DNA of 35,875 nt, taken from assembly GCA_963583595.1 (NCBI GenBank), contig CAUZWC010000002.1, forward strand, positions 1 through 35,875, in the 5' to 3' direction. The notes under the pieces were generated by a model. The model worked only from the letters and a program-made list of their open reading frames with translations, was not told the DNA's origin and did not search any database. Origin of the DNA: Alphaproteobacteria bacterium. GTDB taxonomy: Bacteria > Pseudomonadota > Alphaproteobacteria > CADEGL01. A program made the position numbers and the translations under genes. Below, one piece after another: positions 24,183-33,159 of this stretch. How positions within the stretch are numbered: the first letter of the stretch is position 1; each line of letters begins with the position of its first letter.

Positions 24183-26249
24183 ATGTATTACCTGGGCGTC
24201 GATACCGGCGGCACCTTTACCGACTTCGTGGCGTTGAACGCCGAGTCGGGCGAGATCACGACCTTCAAGGTGCCCTCGGTGCCGGAGGACCCGGCGCGCG
24301 CCGTGCTGGTCGGGGTCGAACGATTGCGCGACCGTCACGGGGTGGAACCCTCGGAGATCGGCCGCTTCATCTTCGGCACGACGGTGGCGACCAATTCCGT
24401 GCTCGAACTGAAGGGCGCGAAGACCGCGCTCGTCGCCACGAAAGGCACGCGCGACGTGATCGAGATCCAGCGCCTCTGGCGCAGCCATCTCTTCGATCTC
24501 TATATCCAAAAGCCGCCGCCGCTGGTGCCCCGGCGCTGGCGCTTCGAGGCGGATGAGCGGATCGGCTCCCAGGGCGAGGTCGTCACGCCGCTGACCGACG
24601 AGGAAGCCGAACGCGTCGCGCGTCTGGTCGTGGACGGCGATTTCGAGGCGGTGGCGATCTGCGGCCTCTTCTCCTTCCTGAATTCCTCACATGAGGAGAC
24701 GCTGCGCGACGCTATCCTGGCGGCCAAACCCGACGCGCTGGTCTCCATCTCCTCGGCGGTCTCGCCCGAGTTCCGCGAGTTCGAGCGGGCGACGACCACG
24801 GTCATGAACGCCTATGTCATGCCCAGGATCGACCGCCTGGCGAACCGGCTAGAAACCCTGCTGGGCGAGATCGGCTGCGCCAGCCAACTGCGCATCATTC
24901 AGTCGAACGGCGGCTTGATGAATGTCGCGACCACCCGCAGCCATCCGGTGCGCACCCTGCTCTCCGGTCCGGCCGGCGGGGTGGTGGGCGCGGTCGGCGT
25001 CGCCAAGGCGGCGGGTTTCGACGACATCATCGCCATGGATATGGGCGGCACCAGCCTGGATATCTGCCTGGCGCGGGGTGGCGAGGTCACCCTCTCGACC
25101 GAGGGCCAGGTCGGCGCCTATCCGGTCCAGGTGCCCCAGGTCAACGTGCACACCATCGGCGCCGGCGGCGGCAGCCTGGCGCGCGTCATCCGCGGGGCGC
25201 TCAAGGTAGGGCCGGAAAGCGCGGGCGCGATCCCCGGCCCGGTTTGCTACGGCAAGGGCGGGACGGAGCCGACCAGCACGGATGCGGCCGTCACCTTGGG
25301 CTATATCGATCCCGGCTATTTCGTCGGCGGCGAGATGAGCCTGGATGTCGCGGGCGCCAAGCGCGCGGTCGAGACCCATGTAGGCGAGCCCCTGGGCATG
25401 GACGCGGCCGAGGCTGCCCTGGCCATCGTCCGGGTCCAGGTCGCCAATATGGTGACGGGCATCCGCTCCGTCTCGGTCGAAAAGGGCTGGGACCCGCGCG
25501 AGTTCGCGCTGCTGCCTTTCGGCGGGGCGGGGTCGCTCTATGCCGGGCTGATCGCCGAGGATCTGGGCATCACCGATATCTTCGTGCCGATCCAGCCGGG
25601 CGTGCTCTCGGCCCTCGGCATGCTGTTGACCGATATCAAATACACCGATGTCGTGACCCGGCTGATGGACACCGACACGGCCTCGGCGGAGGCCTTCGAG
25701 GAGATCTATGCCGGGCTGGAAGCGAAGCTGCAGGTCGAATTGAGCGGCGAGGGCATGGATGCCGGCGCAATCCGCTTCGACCGGACCTGCGACATGCGCT
25801 ATCGCGGCCAGGCTTACGAGATCAACGTGCCGCTGCCGGATACTTCGCCGGAAAAATTGGTCGACGCGATGGCCGATGCCTTCCATGCCATGCATCGCAG
25901 CATGTACGGCCAGGCGGCCGAGGGCGATCCGGTCGAATTCGTCAATTACCGGGTGACCGGCGTGGGCGTGATCAAGAAGCCGGACTTGAAACCGCTGGGC
26001 GATATGGCGGCGGGCGAGTCGGCCGAGAAGGGGACGCGCCAGGCCTATTTCCCGGGCATCGGCTGGGCCGAGACGCCGCGCTACGAGCGCTCGGCCCTGC
26101 GCCCGGGCGCGAAGATCGAAGGCCCGGCCCTGGTTGAGGAAGCGGGTGCCACCGTCGTCCTCTTCCCTGGCCATGCCCTGACGGTGGACGGTTTCGGCAA
26201 TATGGCGATCAAGGTGCAAGGGCGCCGCAGCGAGAGGAGCGCGCAATGA
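24183..26249 (+). CDS. hyuA: Hydantoinase/oxoprolinase family, A (HyuA-type, ATP-binding) subunit
   Basis: Track ORF of 688 aa. MYYLGVDTGGTFTDFV at the N-terminus, DMGGTSLDI and HTIGAGGGS actin-fold ATPase motifs. Confidence 0.9.
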   Translation: MYYLGVDTGGTFTDFVALNAESGEITTFKVPSVPEDPARAVLVGVERLRDRHGVEPSEIGRFIFGTTVATNSVLELKGAKTALVATKGTRDVIEIQRLWRSHLFDLYIQKPPPLVPRRWRFEADERIGSQGEVVTPLTDEEAERVARLVVDGDFEAVAICGLFSFLNSSHEETLRDAILAAKPDALVSISSAVSPEFREFERATTTVMNAYVMPRIDRLANRLETLLGEIGCASQLRIIQSNGGLMNVATTRSHPVRTLLSGPAGGVVGAVGVAKAAGFDDIIAMDMGGTSLDICLARGGEVTLSTEGQVGAYPVQVPQVNVHTIGAGGGSLARVIRGALKVGPESAGAIPGPVCYGKGGTEPTSTDAAVTLGYIDPGYFVGGEMSLDVAGAKRAVETHVGEPLGMDAAEAALAIVRVQVANMVTGIRSVSVEKGWDPREFALLPFGGAGSLYAGLIAEDLGITDIFVPIQPGVLSALGMLLTDIKYTDVVTRLMDTDTASAEAFEEIYAGLEAKLQVELSGEGMDAGAIRFDRTCDMRYRGQAYEINVPLPDTSPEKLVDAMADAFHAMHRSMYGQAAEGDPVEFVNYRVTGVGVIKKPDLKPLGDMAAGESAEKGTRQAYFPGIGWAETPRYERSALRPGAKIEGPALVEEAGATVVLFPGHALTVDGFGNMAIKVQGRRSERSAQ

Positions 26250-27979
26250 CCACGAAGACCAAAGTGGATCCGGTCTCGATCGAGGTGGTGGGCAACTACC
26301 TCGTCTCCGCGGTGCGCGAGATGAACTCGACCCTGCGGCGGACGGCCTATTCGACGATCTTGCGCGAAAGCATGGATTCCTCGACGGCCCTGTTCGATCC
26401 CCAGGGCCAGATGATCGGCCAGGCCGATCACGTGCCCTCGCATCAGGGCAGCCTGGCCAAGGCGGCGCGGATGGTGGCGGAGGATATTCCGCTCGATCCC
26501 GAGGATATCGTCATCCTCAACCACCCCTATGAGGGCGGCACCCATCACCCGGATATCATGATCTTCAAGCCGGTCTTCCATGACGGGCATCTGGTCGCGA
26601 TCTCCGCCGCCCTGGGCCATCATATCGACGTGGGCGGCCGTTCGCCTGGCTCGATATCCTCCGACGCGCGCGACGTCTTCGAGGAGGGGCTGATGATCCC
26701 GCCCATGAAGCTCTATCGGAAGGGCGTGGTGGTGCCCGAGATCCTGCGCATGATCGAGGCCAATATTCGCGTGCCGGAGAAGACCCTGGGCGATATCCGG
26801 GCCGAGATCAGCGCCGTGACGATCGGCGAGCGGCGCTATCTCGAACTGGTCGAACGCTACGGCCGCGAGGAACTGGCCGAGATCGTCGCCGGAGTGCTCG
26901 ACTATTCCGAGGACTTGATGCGTGAGGATTTGGCCAAGCTGCCCAACGGCAGCTATTCGGCCGAGGGCTTCCTGGATTCCGATGGCATCGACGACCGCCC
27001 GGTGCGTATCTTCGTCACCGTCACCCTGAAAGACGGCGATGTCGTCGTCGATTTCGAAGGCACCGATCCCCAGGTGAAGGGGCCGTTCAACTGCTCCGAC
27101 AGTTCGGTCTATTCGGCGGTGTATGCCGGCATCCGCTACATGACTAATCCGATCATCCGGCAGAACGAGGGCTGTTTCCGGCCGATCGAGATCGTCCGGC
27201 CCGAGGGCACGGTGGTGAAGCCGCGCAAGCCGGCACCGATCAGCGGCCGCTTCACTACCCTGGAGCGGATTGCCGACACCATCGTCCTGGCCCTCAACCA
27301 GGCGCGGGGCGACGACCAGGTGGGCAGTAGTCTGGCCTGCGTCTGCTCCTTTGCGGCTAACGGCACCTATCCGAATTCCGAACGGCGCTTCGTCTGTTTC
27401 GAGATTTTCGGCGGCGGCTGGGGCGGCACCATGCGGGGCGACGGGCTCGACGCCTCCTTCGGCCTGATGGCGAATTCCTACGACACGCCGATCGAGGCGG
27501 TCGAACTGGAATATCCCCTGCGGGTCGAGAGCTACAACATGATCACCGACAGCGGCGGGCCGGGCAGCAACCGCGGCGGTCTGGGTTTCTACCGCCACAC
27601 CCGCTACCTGCATGGCGAGGGCTATTACACCAACCGCTCGGAAACCTCAAAATTCCCGCCCAAGGGGGTGCTGGGCGGCAAGCCCGGCGCGCCGTCGAAG
27701 CAGCGTCTGGTGCGGGCGACGGGCAAGACCGACGAGTTGCCGTCGAAGATCACCAATCTCTCGATCTATGGCGGCGATCTGATTTGGATGGCCCAGCCGG
27801 GCGGCGGCGGTTACGGCAACCCCCTGGACCGGGAACCTGCGCGGGTGCTCGACGACCTGCTCGACGAAAAGATCAGCCCGGAGGCCGCGCGCGATATTTA
27901 CGGCGTGGTGGTTGAGGGTGGCGCGGTCGATGCGGCGGCAACGGAGGCCCGGCGGGCGGAACTGCGGACGGCGGCTTAG
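26246..27979 (+). CDS. hyuB: Hydantoinase B/oxoprolinase family, B (HyuB-type) subunit
   Basis: Track ORF of 577 aa. The start overlaps the hyuA stop (ATGA). DPVSIEVVGNYLVSAVREM..TLRRTAYSTILRESMDSSTALFD, NHPYEGGTHHPDI, GGGGYGNPLDR. Confidence 0.9.
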   Translation: MTTKTKVDPVSIEVVGNYLVSAVREMNSTLRRTAYSTILRESMDSSTALFDPQGQMIGQADHVPSHQGSLAKAARMVAEDIPLDPEDIVILNHPYEGGTHHPDIMIFKPVFHDGHLVAISAALGHHIDVGGRSPGSISSDARDVFEEGLMIPPMKLYRKGVVVPEILRMIEANIRVPEKTLGDIRAEISAVTIGERRYLELVERYGREELAEIVAGVLDYSEDLMREDLAKLPNGSYSAEGFLDSDGIDDRPVRIFVTVTLKDGDVVVDFEGTDPQVKGPFNCSDSSVYSAVYAGIRYMTNPIIRQNEGCFRPIEIVRPEGTVVKPRKPAPISGRFTTLERIADTIVLALNQARGDDQVGSSLACVCSFAANGTYPNSERRFVCFEIFGGGWGGTMRGDGLDASFGLMANSYDTPIEAVELEYPLRVESYNMITDSGGPGSNRGGLGFYRHTRYLHGEGYYTNRSETSKFPPKGVLGGKPGAPSKQRLVRATGKTDELPSKITNLSIYGGDLIWMAQPGGGGYGNPLDREPARVLDDLLDEKISPEAARDIYGVVVEGGAVDAAATEARRAELRTAA

Positions 27980-28013
27980 GAACGCTCCACGCTGGACCTT
28001 CCTTCCGCCCCTG

Positions 28014-28058
28014 CCACCACTGTCGTCCCGGGACTTGTTCCCGGGACGACAGTGGTGG
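28014..28058. terminator. Perfect 20-bp-stem hairpin downstream of hyuB (terminator or REP-type element)
   Basis: CCACCACTGTCGTCCCGGGA-cttgt-TCCCGGGACGACAGTGGTGG, 35 nt after the hyuB stop. No U-tract follows it. Confidence 0.5.
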
Positions 28059-28174
28059 CGAGACCTGGCGATGCCCCTTGGGGGTTCGCGAACTGGGTCG
28101 TTGCAGGAATGGAGCACCGCCTCGCGACGTCTCAGGATCGGCGCGCGCTTCGTCCGAACGGCCAGGGCGGATGG

Positions 28175-28201
28175 GTCCCGGGAACAAGTCCCGGGACGAC
28201 A
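28175..28201. repeat. Inverted partial copy of the 28014 hairpin, downstream of the minus-strand 354-aa gene
   Basis: GTCCCGGGAACAAGTCCCGGGACGACA equals the reverse complement of 28021-28047. It can fold as a 9-bp stem, and a T-run (ttcgtttt) follows it on the plus strand. Confidence 0.6.
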
Positions 28202-28262
28202 TTCGTTTTGGGGCTTAAGTTAGTTCTCTGTGGGGCGAGATTGCCGGAAATCGTGGCGCCGC

Positions 28263-29327
28263 CTAGTACAGCCAGCCCCCCGTATCCTCCAGGGTCCAGA
28301 CCTCGGTTTCCTTGCCTTCCATGGCGCGGGTGATGCGGACGCGGCCGTTGAGGACGCGCGTGACGATTTCGGGGAAGGCGAAGAAGGCGCGGCGGATCGT
28401 CTCGGGTGCGTCCGGGTCGAAGGGCTTATAGGTCTTCATTGTGATCGCTGCTCGGTTGTTGCCGATCCGCTCCAGGCTCGCTTCGTCTTCGCGCGCCTCC
28501 AGGGTGCGGTGGAGCAAGGATGCGATGGCATGCACGTCGCCGCCCTCGATCCCCGTCCATCCGGCCATCAGCTGGGCATACTGCGTGGCGACGACGCGCA
28601 TGGTTTGGTCGATCATGTAGGCGCCCGGCTTGGCGCCGAAGACGTTGATCAGGGCTTCCGAGCCGGCGCGGACATAGGCACCGGCGTATTTCCGCCTGGC
28701 GCGCAGCAGGCGCGCCTCGGGCCAGATTTCGGGATCGAGCTTGGGGGCCTTGTCGGGATCGAATTCCGGCGTCGTCTCAGCATGTTCGAAACGCACGGCA
28801 TTGGCCGCGCTGACCGGCTGGTCGTATTCGATGAAATAGCCCTCGTCGTAGGGATGGCCGTCCTGGAAGCATTTGGTGACGACATAGCCCAGGTTCGGGC
28901 AGTTCATGTATTTGGCGTTGTTGGCATGCCAGGCGGCGAAGACCGCGCGCTGGACCTGGGCCGGGATCGCCATGGCGCCCATGCCTGCATAGAAGACATT
29001 GGGCGGGGTATAGCGGATCCAGGCCTTCTTGGGCGATTCCTCCATGTATTCGAGGGCGAGGCCGCCGATCTTGTTGGAGAGATAGTGGTATTTGGCCGCG
29101 GCCACGGCCGGGGTGTCGCCGTCGATGCCCAGCTTTTCGAGCCCCGCGAGGTAATGGGTCTCCTGATGGCCACCCAGGACCGTCAGCTTGAAATCGGCCA
29201 GGGCCTGCACGCCCTTCTCGCGCATCACGATCATCTGCAACCCGCCCATCTGCTTGGACCAGACATCCCAGGCATAGGCGACGTCCTTGCGCAGATCCTC
29301 GATCTTCCCATCCTTGCGCGCGCTCAT
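28263..29327 (-). CDS. Hypothetical protein (354 aa), unrecognised family, apparent two-domain internal repeat
   Basis: Track ORF 28263..29435. The preferred start is ATG 29325-29327 (MSARKDGKIEDL...) with SD GGGAGAG. Balanced, Trp/Tyr/Lys-containing composition, unlike the Arg/Pro-rich antisense artefacts. Confidence 0.6.
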   Translation of the reverse strand: MSARKDGKIEDLRKDVAYAWDVWSKQMGGLQMIVMREKGVQALADFKLTVLGGHQETHYLAGLEKLGIDGDTPAVAAAKYHYLSNKIGGLALEYMEESPKKAWIRYTPPNVFYAGMGAMAIPAQVQRAVFAAWHANNAKYMNCPNLGYVVTKCFQDGHPYDEGYFIEYDQPVSAANAVRFEHAETTPEFDPDKAPKLDPEIWPEARLLRARRKYAGAYVRAGSEALINVFGAKPGAYMIDQTMRVVATQYAQLMAGWTGIEGGDVHAIASLLHRTLEAREDEASLERIGNNRAAITMKTYKPFDPDAPETIRRAFFAFPEIVTRVLNGRVRITRAMEGKETEVWTLEDTGGWLY

Positions 29328-29506
29328 CCGATTTCTCTCCCTCGATTGCGGTGTGGCGGGCATCTTGCCCTGGAAACCTGCCCTGTCCAACGGGTTCGGC
29401 GGGAATTTGCCGCATGGCGCCATTCCGCATTGCAATGCGCTTCAATTGGGTTTAATTCCCGCAACCGCGCACTGGACGCGCGGGCATGCGCGATTGGAGA
29501 GCGCAG

Positions 29507-31615
29507 ATGAGCGACCGCCACCCTCTTTCACCGCTTCTGGCGCCGGACTCGATCGCGCTGGTCGGGGCCTCGCCGACCGAGGGGAGCTTCGGCGCCGGGA
29601 TGATCCGGTCCCTGAAGGAAAGCGGCTTTCGCGGCCGCGCCTATATGGTCAATCCCAAATACCAGGAGATCGAGGGCTATCCCTGCTTTCCCTCGCTGGC
29701 CGACCTGCCCGAGGCGGTCGATACCGCTGCCCTGGGTGTCGCCAGCGCGCGGATCGAGCAGACCCTGGAGGCGGCGATCACCGCCGGTATCCGCTCGGCG
29801 GTGATCTTCGATTCCTGCTATCTGCCCGAGGACCGCGCGGGCTCCAAGCTCAAGGGCCGGCTTGCGGCGATTGCCAAGGCGGCCGCCATGCCGATCTGCG
29901 GCGGCAACTGCATGGGCTTTTTCCATCCGGCGGAGAAGACGTCGATCTGCGGCTGGCCGTTGAGCAAGCCGAGAGCCGAGGGCGGCATCGCCTTCATCAG
30001 CCATTCGGGCACGACCTTCGGCAGCGTGCCGGACGCCGATCCTCGTTTGGGCTACAGCCTGGTGGTCTCGAGCGGTCAGGAATTCGCCACCACCATGGCC
30101 GATTACGTGGATTACGCGGTCGAGCATCCGGCGACCCGGGCCGTCGCCCTGTTCATGGAGACGGTGCGCGATCCAATGGGATTCGCGGCGGCCCTGGAAA
30201 AGGCGGCGGCGCGCGATATCCCCGTTGTCGCCCTCAAGGTCGGGCGCAACGAGACCAGCGCGCGCATGGCGGCGACCCATTCTGGGGCGCTGGCGGGCAA
30301 CGACGCGGCCTATCAGGCGCTGTTCGAGAAATACGGCGTGATCCGGGTGACCGACCTCTACGAATTTGCCTCGACCTTGACCCTGCTCTGCGGCCCGCGC
30401 CGGGTCGGCCCGGGCGGGCTGGCGGTGATCGGCGATTCGGGCGGCGAGCGCGGCATGCTGGTCGATCTCGCGGGGGATTTCGACGTCCCCTTCGCGAAGA
30501 TCGGCGAGCCGACCAAGGCCAGGCTGCGCCCCTTGCTGGCCCATGGGCTGGAGGCGGAGAATCCGCTCGACGCCTGGGGCTCGCTGACCGGCTGGCGTGA
30601 GACCTACAAGGAGGGGCTGGCCGCCCTGATGGACGACCCGGCGGTCGCCATCGGCGTCCATCTGCGCGACCTGCGGGACGGAGACATGTTGAGCGAGGCC
30701 TTTTCCGAACAGGCCATCGAATTGCTGGAGCGGACGGAGAAACCGATTGCCCTGGCGAGCAATTTCAGCGCCACGGCCCATCGCGAACTGGCCTTGCGCA
30801 CGACCCGCGCCGGGGTGCCCGTGCTGGACGGCACGCGCCAGATGCTGCGCGCCGTGTGCCATGCCATGGATTACCGCGATTTCCGCGGGCGCGGCCCCGA
30901 GGACGACATTCCCCGGCGCCCGGGCCGGGCGGTGCGCGACCGCTGGCGCGCGCGGCTGAGCATGGGCGGGCCGCTGGACGAGGCGGAGAGCCTGGAACTG
31001 CTGGCCGCTTACGGCGTGCCGGTGCCGGACAGCCGCATCGTCGAAAGCGCGGCGGAAGCGGCCGCGGCGGCCGAGGCCCTGGGCGGCGCCGTCGTGCTCA
31101 AGATCGCGATGCCGGGCATCCTGCACAAATCCGATGTCGGCGGGGTGAAGCTGAACCTCTCGGGCAAGCGCGCGGTACAGACCGCCTATCGCGACCTGGC
31201 CCGGCGGTTGGGGCCCCGCGTCCTGATCGCGCCGATGGCGGGGAAGGGCGTGGAGATCGGCCTGGGCATGGTGACCGATCCCCAGTTCGGCCCCCTGGTG
31301 ATGATCGGCGTGGGCGGCATCATGATCGAGCTGATGAAGGCCCGCGCCTTCGCCATCCCGCCCTTTGGCCGCCGGACCGCCCGGCGCCTGCTCGACGGCC
31401 TGGCCCTGCGCCCGCTGCTCGACGGCAAGCGCGGCGCGCCGCCCGCCGATATAGCCAAGCTCTGCGACGCCCTGGCGCGCTTCTCGGTGATGACCGCCGA
31501 TCTGGGAGAAGGGTTGGGCGCGGTCGACGTCAACCCGCTGGTCGCCGGGCCCAAGGGCGCAGTCGCCCTCGACGCCCTGGTCCTGCCCAAGACCGGTGCC
31601 TTCCGTGGGGATTAG
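29507..31615 (+). CDS. ADP-forming acyl-CoA synthetase (acetate--CoA ligase family: CoA-binding, ligase-CoA and ATP-grasp domains fused)
   Basis: Track ORF 29486..31615, with ATG 29507 preceded by GGAGA at 6-nt spacing. LLAPDSIALVGAS..GSFG (CoA-binding), ISHSGT (phospho-His loop), C-terminal ATP-grasp ELLAAYGVPVP...VVLKI..PGILHKSDVGGVKLNL. Confidence 0.85.
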   Translation: MSDRHPLSPLLAPDSIALVGASPTEGSFGAGMIRSLKESGFRGRAYMVNPKYQEIEGYPCFPSLADLPEAVDTAALGVASARIEQTLEAAITAGIRSAVIFDSCYLPEDRAGSKLKGRLAAIAKAAAMPICGGNCMGFFHPAEKTSICGWPLSKPRAEGGIAFISHSGTTFGSVPDADPRLGYSLVVSSGQEFATTMADYVDYAVEHPATRAVALFMETVRDPMGFAAALEKAAARDIPVVALKVGRNETSARMAATHSGALAGNDAAYQALFEKYGVIRVTDLYEFASTLTLLCGPRRVGPGGLAVIGDSGGERGMLVDLAGDFDVPFAKIGEPTKARLRPLLAHGLEAENPLDAWGSLTGWRETYKEGLAALMDDPAVAIGVHLRDLRDGDMLSEAFSEQAIELLERTEKPIALASNFSATAHRELALRTTRAGVPVLDGTRQMLRAVCHAMDYRDFRGRGPEDDIPRRPGRAVRDRWRARLSMGGPLDEAESLELLAAYGVPVPDSRIVESAAEAAAAAEALGGAVVLKIAMPGILHKSDVGGVKLNLSGKRAVQTAYRDLARRLGPRVLIAPMAGKGVEIGLGMVTDPQFGPLVMIGVGGIMIELMKARAFAIPPFGRRTARRLLDGLALRPLLDGKRGAPPADIAKLCDALARFSVMTADLGEGLGAVDVNPLVAGPKGAVALDALVLPKTGAFRGD

Positions 31616-31636
31616 GGATCGGCTCGCCGGGCCCGG

Positions 31637-31747
31637 CCCTCGCCCTTCGAGACGGCCCTGCGGGCCTCCTCAGGGTGAGGCCCTAGGTTGCAACGCTTGC
31701 CGTCCGCCTCATCCTGAGGAGCGCGCAGCGCGTCTCGAAGGACGAGG
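31637..31747. repeat. Palindromic REP/MITE-like intergenic element, copy D
   Basis: CCCTCGCCCTTCGAGACGGCCCTGCGGGCCTCCTCAGGGTGAGG ... CCTCATCCTGAGGAGCGCGCAGCGCGTCTCGAAGGACGAGG, between the acyl-CoA synthetase and ACAD genes. Confidence 0.85.
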
Positions 31748-31806
31748 CGGGTTCGCACGGCGCGGGCGGCTGCTAGAATCGCATTGAAGACCACAGGAGC
31801 GCACCG

Positions 31807-32979
31807 ATGGACTTGAACCTTTCCACCGCTGATCTCGAGATCCAGGCCGGCGCGCGGCGTTTCGCCGAGGAGGTGCTGTTCCCGCTGGAGATCCCGCTGG
31901 AGGAGGCCCATGGCGACCTGCCGGCGGCGGTCCTGGCCGAGGTCAAGCGCAAGGTCGTGGAACACGGCCTCAACGCCTATAACCAATCCAAGGAATACGG
32001 CGGCCAGGGCTTCACCATCCTGCAGCAGGTGCTCTGCCAGGAGGAGCTGGGCAAGGCGACCAGCGGGCTCTGGGGCACGGTCTGGCGTCCGGCCCATCCC
32101 CTGCGCTCGGGCTCAGAATGGCAGGTTGACCACTACCTGAAGCCAAGCTGCGCGGGCGCGCGGCGCGGCTGTTTCGCGATCACCGAGCCGGGCGCCGGCT
32201 CCGACCCGCGCCAGGTGAAGACGACGGCAGTGAAGAGCGGCAACGGCTGGGCCATCAACGGTGAGAAATGGTTCGTCACGGCGCTCGACGCCTCCGACTA
32301 CGTGATCGTTCATGCCCATGTCGACGGCGATCCGGACAAGCCGACCCTGTTCCTGGTCGACAAGAACACGGACGGGTTCGAGATCCGGCGCACGCCGAAG
32401 TTCAGCCATACCTATGTCTTCGAACATGCCGAGGTCGTGCTGAGCGAGGTGACGGTGGCCGACGAGCAGCGCCTGGGCGAGGTCGGCCAGGGCTTCGAGT
32501 TGACCAAGGAATGGTTCATCGAGGCGCGACTGGAGATCGCGGCGCGCTGCCTCGGCGCGGCCATCCGCGCGGCCGAGATCGCCGATGCCTGGGCGACCGA
32601 GCGCCAGCAGTTCGGCCATCCGATCCGCGAATTTCAGGGGGTCGGCTTCCAGATCGCCGATATGGCGGTCGATATCATGGCGACCAAGAGCCTGCTCTAC
32701 CGCGTCGCCTGGGAGCTGGACCGGGAAGGCGACCCCAAGCTGATCCATGCCAGGGCCAGCGCCGTGAAGCTCCAGGCCTCGGAGATGGCCGGGCGGGTGC
32801 TCGACCGCGCCATGCAGGTCCTGGGCGGGCGCGGCTATATGCGCGAGAACCCGGTCGAGCGCCTGTGGCGCGACGTGCGGGTCGAGCGCATCTGGGAAGG
32901 CACCAGCGAGGTCCAGCGCGCCATCATCGAGGGCCAGATCCGCAAGCGCGGCCTGGGGCTCTATTCCGGCTGGGTCTAG
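31807..32979 (+). CDS. Acyl-CoA dehydrogenase
   Basis: Track ORF of 390 aa with SD AGGAG. GCFAITEPGAGSDP, ARCLGAA, QFGHPIREFQGVGFQIADM, GGRGYMRENPVERLWRDVRVERIWEGTSEVQR. Confidence 0.9.
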   Translation: MDLNLSTADLEIQAGARRFAEEVLFPLEIPLEEAHGDLPAAVLAEVKRKVVEHGLNAYNQSKEYGGQGFTILQQVLCQEELGKATSGLWGTVWRPAHPLRSGSEWQVDHYLKPSCAGARRGCFAITEPGAGSDPRQVKTTAVKSGNGWAINGEKWFVTALDASDYVIVHAHVDGDPDKPTLFLVDKNTDGFEIRRTPKFSHTYVFEHAEVVLSEVTVADEQRLGEVGQGFELTKEWFIEARLEIAARCLGAAIRAAEIADAWATERQQFGHPIREFQGVGFQIADMAVDIMATKSLLYRVAWELDREGDPKLIHARASAVKLQASEMAGRVLDRAMQVLGGRGYMRENPVERLWRDVRVERIWEGTSEVQRAIIEGQIRKRGLGLYSGWV

Positions 32980-33009
32980 GGAGCGGCGCGCGGCCGGTCG
33001 GCACGGTTC

Positions 33010-33159
33010 ATGCTAGGCTGGACATGTTCGATCACCAAAAGCACCGGGAGTGAGACCATCAACGAGACCCGCCTCGACGACGAGCTGTCCGACGAGGCGC
33101 TCGACGCCCGCAACGGCCGGAGCGACTGCCGCCTGACCATGCTCACTTCCGGCTGCTAA
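33010..33159 (+). CDS. Candidate short ORF (49 aa from the ATG; the strongly coding-like core is the last ~34 codons)
   Basis: Below the 60-aa cutoff of the track. MLGWTCSITKSTGSETINETRLDDELSDEALDARNGRSDCRLTMLTSGC, ending in tandem stops TAA TAG. From codon ACC (33055) onward, 33 of 34 third positions are G/C. GGGAG at 33046-33050 lies 7 nt before an in-frame ATC. Confidence 0.35.
   Translation: MLGWTCSITKSTGSETINETRLDDELSDEALDARNGRSDCRLTMLTSGC

Noticed and set aside
32977-33159. Stop-codon read-through of the acyl-CoA dehydrogenase TAG into the in-frame short ORF.
   Set aside because: Sharing a frame has a one-in-three chance. The first 25 codons after the TAG show no coding bias and use rare codons. 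No read-through context or structure is evident. It is mentioned in the short-ORF finding but not proposed as a mechanism.
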